Counted from the stretch's first letter, positions 18,075-27,474 are shown. The stretch is 35,012 nucleotides of DNA from Acaryochloridaceae cyanobacterium VAR_48_metabat_390 (GCA_031422435.1 JANPLU010000102.1:1-35012), one strand, 5' to 3'. Made by a program: numbers and translations. The notes: generated by a model from the sequence alone, not told the origin.

Positions 18075-18227
18075 CTCTTTTAAGAATTATCGTCAATAGT
18101 TCTACTACTATAAAACACCTATAGCTTTAGTATTCATTTCAGTTATCAGACATAATCAATTATGAATAGAAAAACATCGCCGCAGTGACTGCATAAGCGT
18201 TAATCTACGCGCAGGAGAAACTATCGA

Positions 18228-19865
18228 ATGGGGCAAAACATGTCACGCTCAATCTGGGTTGCGGGTGCTTTCGTCGTTGTATTGGGGAATTTAAGTGCGG
18301 CAAAACACAGTTCAGGTGCTGATGTACCCCGTTTAGGGGCTAACCCTCAATCTTCGCTAGTGTCAACAACGCCAACAACTGCACTAAAGCTATCAACCGT
18401 AGTCACCACTCGGCAAGGGCAGCTTGCGGGAAGCGTTGATGGGGAGGCGATCGCATTTAAGGGAATCCCCTACGCAGCCGCACCTGTGGGAGATCTCCGC
18501 TGGCGCGATCCGCAGCCTACCCCAGCTTGGCAAGGTATGCGGAGGGCAGGTGCTTTTGGCAAGTCCTGTATCCAGCCAACTTTTGACGCCTCAATGGATG
18601 GGTCGGGCAGCAACGTCGGTTCCCAAAGCGAGGATTGTCTTTCCCTCAATGTGTGGACACCCAGCGTTAACCCATCCGCCATCCGCCCCGTCATGGTCTG
18701 GATTCACGGTGGCGCGTATGTAATTGGGTCTTCTAACTTACCGGTATGGAGTGGCGCACCTTTAGCCAGTAAAGGTGCTGTAGTCGTTAACTTAAACTAT
18801 CGTTTAGGGCAGTTAGGGTTCTTTGCACACTCAGCGCTAGAAAAAGATAGCCCTGGTGGGTCAGTCAACTTTGGGCTGCTTGACCAAGTTGCCGCTCTTA
18901 AATGGGTGCAGCAAAATATTGCGGCATTTGGTGGCAACCCCAATAATGTGACCATTTTTGGTGAGTCAGCCGGTGGACAGAGCGTCTTGGCATTGATGGC
19001 ATCACCTTTAGCAAAGGGGCTGTTTCAAAAAGGAATTGCCCAAAGCACCTATGGTTCTCCTGAAGTGAGCCGAGCAAAGGCAGTTGAGATAGGCAATAAA
19101 GTTGCAACGGCTGTGGGATTGAGTAGTGCAGCCGCAACGCTGGAAGATTTGCGGTCGGTGCCAGCGGAGAAATTTGGGCAGCTAAAGAGTCTTGGCTTGT
19201 CAACTTCACCCGTGGCGATTAGCGGAGATTCGGTGCTGCCAAAGACGATTTTAAGCACGTTTGAAGATGGAGAAGAGGCGCGAGTGCCCCTTATCATCGG
19301 CAGCAACAGCAATGAGGCTAGTGTTGCAACGGCGTTTGGCATGGAGCCGGCAGCGTTGGTACAGCGTTTGGGTGTTTTTCGCGGCGCGGTTGAGGGGCTT
19401 TACCCTGGGGTTAGTGATGATAAAGCCTTGGGTCTTCAGCTCATTCGTGATTCGGTTTTCACTGCCCCAGGACGTCGGTTTGCTGCGCTCCATGCGCGGT
19501 ATGCTCCAACCTGGCGCTACTACTTTAGCTATGTGCCTTCTGGCCTGCGATCGCAGTGGGCAGACGGTGTGCCCCACGGTGGCGAAATTGCGTTTGTAAT
19601 GAATACGGTGGATTTGGATCGGGCGATCGCAGGAAAGATGACCAATGCGGACCGTGCGGTAGCAAGGCAAATCAGCAATTACTGGTTTGAGTTTGCACGA
19701 AGCGACACTCCTAAATCTGCCAATAGTCCAGTCTGGCCGACCTACAGCTTAAGCAATGACAAAACGCTAGAGTTTGGTGAAAGGATTGTGGTTACAGCTA
19801 ACTTCATGAAAGCGCGCTTAGATGTTCTGTCTAAGCTTTCCGCGCAAATCTTTCCGGCTCCATAG
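18228..19865 (+). CDS. Type-B carboxylesterase/lipase family, probably secreted
   Basis: FKGIPYA.APVGDLRW, SEDCLSLNVW, WIHGGA oxyanion hole, GESAG nucleophile, SNSNE and PHGGE. N-terminal signal-like segment and AGGAG RBS. Confidence 0.94.
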   Translation: MGQNMSRSIWVAGAFVVVLGNLSAAKHSSGADVPRLGANPQSSLVSTTPTTALKLSTVVTTRQGQLAGSVDGEAIAFKGIPYAAAPVGDLRWRDPQPTPAWQGMRRAGAFGKSCIQPTFDASMDGSGSNVGSQSEDCLSLNVWTPSVNPSAIRPVMVWIHGGAYVIGSSNLPVWSGAPLASKGAVVVNLNYRLGQLGFFAHSALEKDSPGGSVNFGLLDQVAALKWVQQNIAAFGGNPNNVTIFGESAGGQSVLALMASPLAKGLFQKGIAQSTYGSPEVSRAKAVEIGNKVATAVGLSSAAATLEDLRSVPAEKFGQLKSLGLSTSPVAISGDSVLPKTILSTFEDGEEARVPLIIGSNSNEASVATAFGMEPAALVQRLGVFRGAVEGLYPGVSDDKALGLQLIRDSVFTAPGRRFAALHARYAPTWRYYFSYVPSGLRSQWADGVPHGGEIAFVMNTVDLDRAIAGKMTNADRAVARQISNYWFEFARSDTPKSANSPVWPTYSLSNDKTLEFGERIVVTANFMKARLDVLSKLSAQIFPAP

Positions 19866-19923
19866 CGGCTACGGTGTACATGGTGTAAATAAGGATGTGG
19901 ACAAGTACCACCAATCCCCAGAA

Positions 19924-20151
19924 TCAGACTTCTTGTCCGTTGATTTGCTGCTTAAGGGTATCGATCCGCTTGTTCAGGGATTTATCTAGATCAGAGATTT
20001 GTTGCTGTGTGGCCTTAATTTGTTCCTCTGTTCTGGCCTGAAACGTTTTTGTCTCAATCCGTAGCTCTTGAACGTGATTGTCTACCCGCTCAATGATGCT
20101 GGTGAGCTTGTCCAGCCGTTGAGCCATATCTGTCTCTGCTGCTTGGGTCAC
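19924..20151 (-). CDS. Small coiled-coil hypothetical protein, possibly C-terminally truncated
   Basis: 75 aa with a heptad pattern. The GTG start overlaps the upstream TGA (GTGA) and has a GGAGGT RBS, indicating translational coupling. Confidence 0.6.
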   Translation of the reverse strand: MTQAAETDMAQRLDKLTSIIERVDNHVQELRIETKTFQARTEEQIKATQQQISDLDKSLNKRIDTLKQQINGQEV

Positions 20152-20348
20152 GATACCTCCATATTGTCGCTATCACTGAAACTAAACTTGATGCCCTTGG
20201 ACTGGGCTTGCCTTATCTCGCGTTTTGCCAGTGATTCTAAGTAACTACTGATACTTTGCCCCTCTATGGCAGCTAGGACACGGAGCTTACGGACAAGCTC
20301 TTGATCCATATAGCTGCTGACTTTTGTTTTGTCGGTTGCCACAGTCAT
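20148..20348 (-). CDS. Ribbon-helix-helix (CopG/Arc-like) DNA-binding protein
   Basis: 66 aa. Beta strand KTKVSSYMD, helix ELVRKLRVLAAIEG, then SISSYLESL: the RHH pattern. Confidence 0.75.
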   Translation of the reverse strand: MTVATDKTKVSSYMDQELVRKLRVLAAIEGQSISSYLESLAKREIRQAQSKGIKFSFSDSDNMEVS

Positions 20349-20351
20349 AAT

Positions 20352-20453
20352 TAGTAACTCCAGTAACTCAAGTACTACCTATCTATTCTCAAACTAGATA
20401 GATGTAGTAATAACATTAGTCTTTAAGATCTACTTACTACAGTGGAGTTACTA
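20352..20453. promoter_or_regulatory. Nested inverted/direct repeats, candidate RHH operator array
   Basis: Perfect IR TAGTAACTCCA (20352-20362) / TGGAGTTACTA (20443-20453). IR TGTAGTAA (20403-20410) / TTACTACA (20434-20441). Tandem AGTAACTC twice. Confidence 0.55.
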
Positions 20454-20631
20454 GTGCCACAGTGGAAATATGGAAAGGCACTTCCCCCAGCTCTCATTAG
20501 TAACAGTGCCTCTGTGGACAAACTGAACGCCTAAAACCGCCTTACCGTTATTGACTTATTGGAAACTAAAAAACGGTTCAGCCTATTTACTGAATCCTCA
20601 AAAGCTTTAATGTACATAGTTCCCTAACCAA

Positions 20632-20704
20632 TGGGCGGTGAGGGGCTCGAACCCCCGACATTCTCGGTGTAAACGAGACGCTCTACCAACTGAGCTAACC
20701 GCCC
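20632..20704 (-). tRNA. trnV: tRNA-Val (anticodon UAC), CCA not encoded
   Basis: Reverse complement GGGCGGTTAGCTCAGTTGGTAGAGCGTCTCGTTTACACCGAGAATGTCGGGGGTTCGAGCCCCTCACCGCCCA forms a 73-nt cloverleaf with anticodon loop TTTACAC and a GTTCGA T-loop. Confidence 0.97.
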
Positions 20705-20777
20705 TTGCGTATTTATCAACGCGGGTACTACTATAGCAAACATTAACCGCCTTTGAACAGCACTTTTTGAGATCTCT

Positions 20778-21299
20778 ATGCCCAGCGGTGCCACTCACGA
20801 TCGCATTACCCTCATTAGCCTACCCATCGTGACGGGTCTGACGCTGTTTGTAAGCCGAAGCACCAGCATCACCCTGAGCTTAGCGGGTAGCTTTTTATTC
20901 AGCGGACTTATGTTTGGCCCAGACTTAGATATTTATTCTGTACAGTTTAAGCGCTGGGGGATACTGCGCTGGATCTGGCGACCCTACCAAAAAAGTATGC
21001 GCCATCGCTCTTGGCTCTCCCATGGGCCTATTATTGGTACGCTTATTCGCTTAGCGTATTTAGGCTGCTGGGTGGCACTGGGTACCGCAATTTGGCACTG
21101 GGTTGTGATGGTTAATCATGGATTCTGGTCTTGGCACAGTATTCAGAAGCAGATACAGTCGTTTACCTCACAGTATTTCTGGCAGGGGCTGGCAATCTTA
21201 GCAGGGCTAGAGTTAGGCGCATTGAGCCATTCTTGGAGTGATGTGCTTGGCTCCACCTGGAAAAAATGGCGCAAACCGCGTCGAAAGAGTCGTCCTTAA
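20778..21299 (+). CDS. DUF2227-like putative metal-binding membrane protein
   Basis: MPSGATHDRIT, GPDLD, WRPYQK..RHRSWLSHGPIIGT..R..Y and SH..SD motifs. Confidence 0.8.
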   Translation: MPSGATHDRITLISLPIVTGLTLFVSRSTSITLSLAGSFLFSGLMFGPDLDIYSVQFKRWGILRWIWRPYQKSMRHRSWLSHGPIIGTLIRLAYLGCWVALGTAIWHWVVMVNHGFWSWHSIQKQIQSFTSQYFWQGLAILAGLELGALSHSWSDVLGSTWKKWRKPRRKSRP

Positions 21300-21361
21300 C
21301 GATAGGCAAAATGTCTAGGGTACGATGAGTTGATAAAGAATTTATTCGCTTCCCCTTGTCT

Positions 21362-22471
21362 ATGAATACTTTGGATAGCAAAGCAGAGCTGGCAGTCATT
21401 GCAGCATTTCAACTGTCAAGGGAATTTAATTCAGATGGCCTGCCTGTTCTGATAACCCAAATTGAAAGGCGTGAGCATCTAGAGAAGCTGGTGGATTGGC
21501 TTTCTGCACAAGGGCGACTCGCTCAGGTGCTAACTCTAATTTCTTCTAATAATGGAACAACATTTACCCACGTTGGCTCAGAACTGCTAACTCTAGAAAA
21601 TAAGGTACTACCTCTTCAGGCTTACGTTTCGGCTCAGGCAGACTCTTGGAGCGCTAGCATCGCCCTCCAACCACTTATTGCAACCGTTGCTCAACTGCGA
21701 AACCCTGAAGGTGGCTGTCCGTGGGATTTAGCACAAACCCCAGAAACCCTCATTCCTTACATTATTGAAGAAGCCTACGAAACCGTTGATGCTATTCGGC
21801 GGGGGGATGTAAGTGCGATCGCAGACGAACTCGGCGATCTCCTGTTACAGGTTGTACTTCAGTCTCAAATTGCCAGCGAAACTCAGCAGTTTTCATTTAT
21901 CGAAGTTGCCAATGGCATTACGCAAAAGCTGATTCGCCGACATCCCCACGTTTTTGGTGACGTGACAGTCAACAGCGTTGAAGACGTTCACGCCAACTGG
22001 GAGCAAATTAAAGCCGCAGAAAAAGGTGAAGCGCTAGGGCAAGACGTTCCCCTAAGCCAAAAGCTAGAGCGCTATACGCGGCGGCTACCACCCTTGATGG
22101 CAGGGCTTAAGCTCTCAGAAAAAGCCGCTGGTGAAGGGTTTGAATGGCCTGACATGGACGGCGTATGGGCGAAATTCTATGAGGAATTAGCCGAATTTCA
22201 AGAGGCGTTGCTGAAGGGCGATCGCCATGAACAAGAAGCCGAACTCGGCGACCTACTATTTACGCTCATCAACATTGCGCGGTGGTGTCAAATTGACCCA
22301 GCCGCAGCCCTGCATCTCACCAATCTCAAGCTGATTGAACGCATTCGAGTCATTGAGCAACAGATGACAAAACCGTTTGTCGAACATTCGTCCCGAGAAC
22401 TAGATAAATTTTGGCAAACAGCTAAACAATCTTTAAAAACCAAAGAAGCAAATTCATCTGAAAACATTTAA
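21362..22471 (+). CDS. mazG: Nucleoside triphosphate pyrophosphohydrolase MazG with an N-terminal extension of about 100 aa
   Basis: LRNPEGGCPWD, IEEAYE, DELGDLLLQV, KLIRRHPHVF, and second domain EELAEF / ELGDLLF. Confidence 0.93.
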   Translation: MNTLDSKAELAVIAAFQLSREFNSDGLPVLITQIERREHLEKLVDWLSAQGRLAQVLTLISSNNGTTFTHVGSELLTLENKVLPLQAYVSAQADSWSASIALQPLIATVAQLRNPEGGCPWDLAQTPETLIPYIIEEAYETVDAIRRGDVSAIADELGDLLLQVVLQSQIASETQQFSFIEVANGITQKLIRRHPHVFGDVTVNSVEDVHANWEQIKAAEKGEALGQDVPLSQKLERYTRRLPPLMAGLKLSEKAAGEGFEWPDMDGVWAKFYEELAEFQEALLKGDRHEQEAELGDLLFTLINIARWCQIDPAAALHLTNLKLIERIRVIEQQMTKPFVEHSSRELDKFWQTAKQSLKTKEANSSENI

Positions 22472-22478
22472 AGGTTAG

Positions 22479-24869
22479 TTAGAATGGAATGGAGATACCT
22501 ACACCAACCGCTGGATTATTTTGTTCTCTAACCCTAAACTGATGCCAGGCTGAAGCGCCAACCCGGTTAGTCACAAATAGCTCTAAGCTTGGACGCGCAA
22601 GAGAACTACTAAAATCAAGTCCCAATACCTTCGAGGGAGTCCAGCGGATTGCAACATTCCAGGGGATCCGGTTGGCGAGGCGATTATTAATAAAGGCGTT
22701 TCCATCGCCCACAAAGTTAACCCCTACCTCTCCCAATATACTGACATCTTTAAATACACGAATTGAGCCACCCGCGTTAATACCGCCAAGGGAAAAGCCG
22801 CCCCGCTGCACAAATCCAACGGTTGGCGTTAGCCAAATTGCCGTGCCTGGTTTGAACTGATACTGAAGTGGTAAAGAAAGGGTGCCGATAAACAGCGTTG
22901 GGAGAGTATCTGCATTATCTCCGCTGCCAATAAAGGGAAAAGACTTCTCTCTTCCACTGAGGCTAAAAATCGTTGCGTCATTGTTACGGAAGTTTTCTAG
23001 AAGATTGTTCCCCCGACCTATAGTGGCTGCAACGCCGGCGGTAAAGGGTGCGCCATCTGCCTGATTCAGCAACCGCACTTTGGCGCTGACGCCTTGTTCA
23101 GATTCGTCAACGTTGCCAAACACATAGTCTATATAGGTGCCAAACTCAAAGTCTCTCAGTACACCATATCGAACTGCTGCCATTAAGCCGGAACTACCCC
23201 CTTGAAACTGGAGTAGCACCTTACCTTCAGGCACCGTTCCCCCATCAAAGAACCCCAGCCCATCATCGGTCATTGGTGTATCTTTGAGTAAAACATTACC
23301 CTTGAACGTATTGGGGTACTTTCGATTCGCAGGTACTGCATTTGGCATAATAACAATCCCTGCCCCGATGCCTACTTTCTCTGAATCGCCCGTTAGTGCC
23401 AATGGCCCTAAGTTACCAAAGCCATTGGTTGCAAAAATATCTAACCCTAAACGAGGATTTACAAAATAGCGTAAACCTGCATTAAACACAATAGTTTTGG
23501 CAGGTCGTTCGGTCTTAAAGTTAAGGCTGTTGTTACCAGTAAAGGGGACAAAAGCATCTCCCCAGACCATCAAACGTGAAAACGGTCGAAAAGAGGCTGC
23601 CCCCATAATCCCAAACGTGGTGCCATAGGAGCCACCTCGATCTGGAATGCGGGGAAGTTGAACCGCACTATCTTGTTGAAAAAACGCTAGGGTTGGAGAA
23701 ATTGTAAACTGAGCTTTTTCTCCTAGGTCAAAGGTAAAAGGTAACTGGAATTCTGGAATTATCCCACTTCCATCTACCTTTGATGTAACACCCAGCCGTC
23801 TAAACGTAGCACCCCTTGAAAATCCAGATAGAGACACAATTCCGCTTAAGGTCTGGGTTTTAGCCTCATTTTGCCAAATCTTATACTTGGCCGCCAAAGC
23901 AATATCTCCATTCGGGTTATCAACCCTGCCACCCACTAAATCTAAATAGCTGCTGTCAAAGATCTGCGCTCCCAAAGACAGCTCCAGATTGTTGGTAACC
24001 CCAACCTGAACCCCAGGACCAGCAAAGAAGGGCGTTCCTGTCCCTTTTACAACCCCTGTTGAAGAGCGATAAAAGCGCTGACGGTAGTTAAGAACAACCT
24101 CCCCTGGTTTAAGGGTTTTCGCAGTTTGCATTTGAGCAAAGGCTAAGGGGCTTTCTTCTCCTTTCAATTGGGTTTGGTTTGCGACGGAGTCGTCTACCTT
24201 ACCAGAGGTTGAAGCTGTACCGTCTTTAGTACCAGGTTCGGCAGAAACCGATGGTTTTGCTAAGGCGGTTTGAATTAGGTTAGCACCTGTAAAATTTGCA
24301 TCTTTAAGGCTAGCGGTTTCTAAGTTTGACCCTGTGAGATCTGCACCACTGAGATTAGCTCCCGTTAGATTGGCATAGTTAAGATTTGTAACGAGAAGTT
24401 TAGCATTCTCTAAGTTTGCCTGACTAAGATCTGCATCCCCTAAATTGGTTTTATTAAGATCTGCACCGCTGAGGTTGGCTCCTGGGAGTTTTGCATAGCT
24501 GAAATTTGCGTTGGTTAAGTTGCTACCCGTAAGGTCAGCGCCTTCTAACGATGCACCTTTAACATTCGCACTACTAAAATTTGCGCCTTTAAGATTGGCA
24601 TTGGAAAATTTCGCGAGGTATAAATTCGCGCCGCTCAAGTTAGCATTGGCTAGATTGGCTCCACTTAAGTCTGCATTGCCAAGGTTTGCGCCGCTTAAGT
24701 CAGTATTGCTGAGATCCATGCCTTTGAGATCCGCATTACTGAAGTTGCACCCTTTACAGATACGAGTATTCCGAAGCTGGTCAATCGGCGCAAGGGCTTG
24801 GGCATATGTGGGATTAGCCCACCCGATTATTGCCAAAACACCTATCGTGGCAAGTCCTGCTGCTTTCAT
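22479..24869 (-). CDS. Secreted pentapeptide-repeat protein fused to a putative outer-membrane beta-barrel region
   Basis: Start moved to the ATG at 24869 (GGGGAG RBS). Signal peptide MKAAGL...YAQA, over 30 A(N/D)LxG-type pentapeptides, amphipathic beta strands and a C-terminal VGVGISIPF. Confidence 0.85.
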   Translation of the reverse strand: MKAAGLATIGVLAIIGWANPTYAQALAPIDQLRNTRICKGCNFSNADLKGMDLSNTDLSGANLGNADLSGANLANANLSGANLYLAKFSNANLKGANFSSANVKGASLEGADLTGSNLTNANFSYAKLPGANLSGADLNKTNLGDADLSQANLENAKLLVTNLNYANLTGANLSGADLTGSNLETASLKDANFTGANLIQTALAKPSVSAEPGTKDGTASTSGKVDDSVANQTQLKGEESPLAFAQMQTAKTLKPGEVVLNYRQRFYRSSTGVVKGTGTPFFAGPGVQVGVTNNLELSLGAQIFDSSYLDLVGGRVDNPNGDIALAAKYKIWQNEAKTQTLSGIVSLSGFSRGATFRRLGVTSKVDGSGIIPEFQLPFTFDLGEKAQFTISPTLAFFQQDSAVQLPRIPDRGGSYGTTFGIMGAASFRPFSRLMVWGDAFVPFTGNNSLNFKTERPAKTIVFNAGLRYFVNPRLGLDIFATNGFGNLGPLALTGDSEKVGIGAGIVIMPNAVPANRKYPNTFKGNVLLKDTPMTDDGLGFFDGGTVPEGKVLLQFQGGSSGLMAAVRYGVLRDFEFGTYIDYVFGNVDESEQGVSAKVRLLNQADGAPFTAGVAATIGRGNNLLENFRNNDATIFSLSGREKSFPFIGSGDNADTLPTLFIGTLSLPLQYQFKPGTAIWLTPTVGFVQRGGFSLGGINAGGSIRVFKDVSILGEVGVNFVGDGNAFINNRLANRIPWNVAIRWTPSKVLGLDFSSSLARPSLELFVTNRVGASAWHQFRVREQNNPAVGVGISIPF

Positions 24870-25284
24870 TTGTCTTTCACTCCCCAACCTTAAATCACAA
24901 GCTTTACTATAAGAAGCTATCGATAGCACACCACGATTTAAATTTGAACGATTCTACTGAGTCAGATTCGTCCTCGTACCTGATTTGACAATGAACTTTA
25001 CTGTCAAAAGTGTAGCAGCAGAATAGTTTTGACAAACCCAGTAAATTCAGGCAGTGTAGCAATTTTAATCTCTTCTTAGACCCTCGTTACTCCTGAGGTA
25101 GATAATAGCAGACCTGTCAGGTCAAACACGCTTAGTGTCAGCACCGCATCGGGTTGAGTTTGACTAACACTGAGAAGAGGCTAGAGCAGCGAAATTGAGA
25201 GCAAGATTCTTCCAAGTCCTAACCAATCGTTTTGTGGATATGCTGTAGAAGCTCTGTGAAGCCTTTGGCGATGCGTAAAGCTGC

Positions 25285-26616
25285 ATGAAAACGTTCTTCA
25301 GTGTGTGGATTGGACAATTTGTGTCAATGCTCGGATCTAAGCTCAGTGAGTTTGCGCTGGCGATCTGGGCTTATCAACAAATTGGCTCTGTCACCCAAGT
25401 GGCTTTTTTGGTGGTTCTCATGTACCTTCCTACAATTCTTGCGGCTCCATTGGCTGGATCCCTTGTGGATCGATGGGACCGTCGTTGGGCTATGATTTTG
25501 AGCGATTCGGTAGCGGCAGGCTGCTCTTTTGTAGCGCTGATGCTGTCATTATCTGGACAGTTGCAGCTGTGGCATATTTACTTGGGTGTCCCTATTCTTG
25601 CTGTCTCTGGTGCCTTACAAGTGCCTGCCTATGCTGCAGCGATCGCCCAGCTTGTCCCAAAGCCTCATCAGGGACGAGCGAACGGCATGGCAAATTTACC
25701 CCAGGGGGTGGCAGCAATTTTAACGCCGCTGCTGGCAACTTGGCTGATTGGTGTAATTAAGCTCAATGGCATTCTGCTCATTGACTGCCTTACCTTTATT
25801 CCTACCCTAGGGATTCTTTTGAGCGTACGGTTCCCTACGCTCACGTCGCGCGCCAAGAATCACGACGTAAAGACCAACAAACTTAAAAAGCTTTTACAAG
25901 AGTCTATTTCTTCCTGGCATTACATAAAGTCAAAAGTCAGTTTATTTAAGTTATGGATTTTTATTGTCTTGACTTATTTTACAATTGGCATGTTTGATAT
26001 TTCATTCTGGCTACTAGTCATAAAGCTAAGTTCTGCTACTAAATTTGGAATTGTTGTATCGTCTGCGGGAGTCGGAATGTTGGCAGGAAGCTCTATTATG
26101 AGTATATGGGGAGGCCCTAAGCAGCGTATTCTCGGCATCCTAAACCTTACAATTTTGCAGGGATTTGTTATTATTATTCTTGGCATAGGAGTTAAGCTAT
26201 CTCTCATTATTTCCAGTATTGGAATGTTTATTTATCAGTCAGCCGATCCAATTATAATGGGATCAAATCGTGCGATTTGGCAAAGCACCGTTCCAATGGA
26301 ATTACAAGGCCGAGTATTTTCTTTACAGTTGATGTTTCAAAGGGGTGCACTCATTCCTGGTGTTATTGTTGCGGGCATCCTAGTTGATCACTTTTTTGAA
26401 CCATTTTTAGCGAAAAATACATTCATTAAAGAGTCTTTAGGCCAATTCATTGGCACTGAATCAGGCACAGGTATTTGTTTATTTTTGATTGCCCTAGGGA
26501 TTTCTAAGATTTTACTCTCTACAATATTTTATAGAGATAAACTTCTTCTGAATGCTGAGTCAAATTCTTTGGCAAAGTCATTAGATAATTATCCAGCACT
26601 AGATAATCTATCCTAA
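25285..26616 (+). CDS. MFS efflux transporter (Mef/DHA3-like)
   Basis: WIGQFVSMLGS, motif A GSLVDRWDRR, QGRANG, WGGPKQR and WQSTVP..LQGRVFS. About 12 TM segments. Confidence 0.9.
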   Translation: MKTFFSVWIGQFVSMLGSKLSEFALAIWAYQQIGSVTQVAFLVVLMYLPTILAAPLAGSLVDRWDRRWAMILSDSVAAGCSFVALMLSLSGQLQLWHIYLGVPILAVSGALQVPAYAAAIAQLVPKPHQGRANGMANLPQGVAAILTPLLATWLIGVIKLNGILLIDCLTFIPTLGILLSVRFPTLTSRAKNHDVKTNKLKKLLQESISSWHYIKSKVSLFKLWIFIVLTYFTIGMFDISFWLLVIKLSSATKFGIVVSSAGVGMLAGSSIMSIWGGPKQRILGILNLTILQGFVIIILGIGVKLSLIISSIGMFIYQSADPIIMGSNRAIWQSTVPMELQGRVFSLQLMFQRGALIPGVIVAGILVDHFFEPFLAKNTFIKESLGQFIGTESGTGICLFLIALGISKILLSTIFYRDKLLLNAESNSLAKSLDNYPALDNLS

Positions 26617-26694
26617 TCAATACTTATTGAATTAAAATCTCTGTGTTTTATTCTTACTCGCAAAATTATTTTTTACTCGCCAAAATAGGTATCT

Positions 26695-27474
26695 ATGCAA
26701 TATCCAGTAAAGCATTTCTTGATAATATTAATTGTCTCGTACATAGCTCTAATAGGAACCTATCTTGTCTTTGGAATAGTGATTACTTTCTGGAATGAGC
26801 ATCTTGGTTCTTCTAGAAAAATCCAGGCGAAAAATTGTTCAGAGATAGATATTCATCGAGATATTATCCAAAGTTCAAAATCGTTATTTTTTATTGCGCT
26901 AATGCTCACAGGGGGAATTTTTTGCCAACAGATGGGTTTTACCATGCGTCCAGCTAAATTAACGCTAATAAACTCACTGCTGTGGATTTTAACCTCGTTA
27001 ATGATTTTCGATACCTGGTTCTATTGGGGGCATCGTCTGCTCCATACTAAGGCCCTCTACCGCCATATTCATTCTTGGCATCATAGATCCATTACGCCTT
27101 CTGTTTGGAGTAATAATAGCGATACGTTTTTAGATGACGTTATTTTGCAGTCTTACTTTTTCTTGATTCCCTTTTTACTGCCTATTCCAGGTGTAATTCT
27201 AATTACCCACAAGATATATGATCAAATTACGGGAATGATTGGGCATTCAGGCTATGAATATTCTGCAAACTCTTTATCTAGGTTTCCTTTTCCACTCATT
27301 GGCGTGACGTTTCACGATCAGCATCATGAAAGTTTTCGCTACAACTATGCAACTCACTTTTCCTTCTGGGATCGCCTCATGAAAACGATTCACCCAAGCT
27401 ATGATCAAAGAATCAAAGATTTTGAGAATGAATCTGCTCAAGTTTTAGAGTCAGGGGGTACGCATAAATTCTAG
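26695..27474 (+). CDS. Sterol desaturase / fatty acid hydroxylase family di-iron enzyme
   Basis: His boxes FYWGHRLLH, HSWHH, GHSGYE and HDQHH...NYA..FSFWDRL. Confidence 0.92.
   Translation: MQYPVKHFLIILIVSYIALIGTYLVFGIVITFWNEHLGSSRKIQAKNCSEIDIHRDIIQSSKSLFFIALMLTGGIFCQQMGFTMRPAKLTLINSLLWILTSLMIFDTWFYWGHRLLHTKALYRHIHSWHHRSITPSVWSNNSDTFLDDVILQSYFFLIPFLLPIPGVILITHKIYDQITGMIGHSGYEYSANSLSRFPFPLIGVTFHDQHHESFRYNYATHFSFWDRLMKTIHPSYDQRIKDFENESAQVLESGGTHKF

Noticed and set aside
20607..20798. 63-aa ORF
   Set aside because: It reads through the tRNA-Val gene and is spurious.
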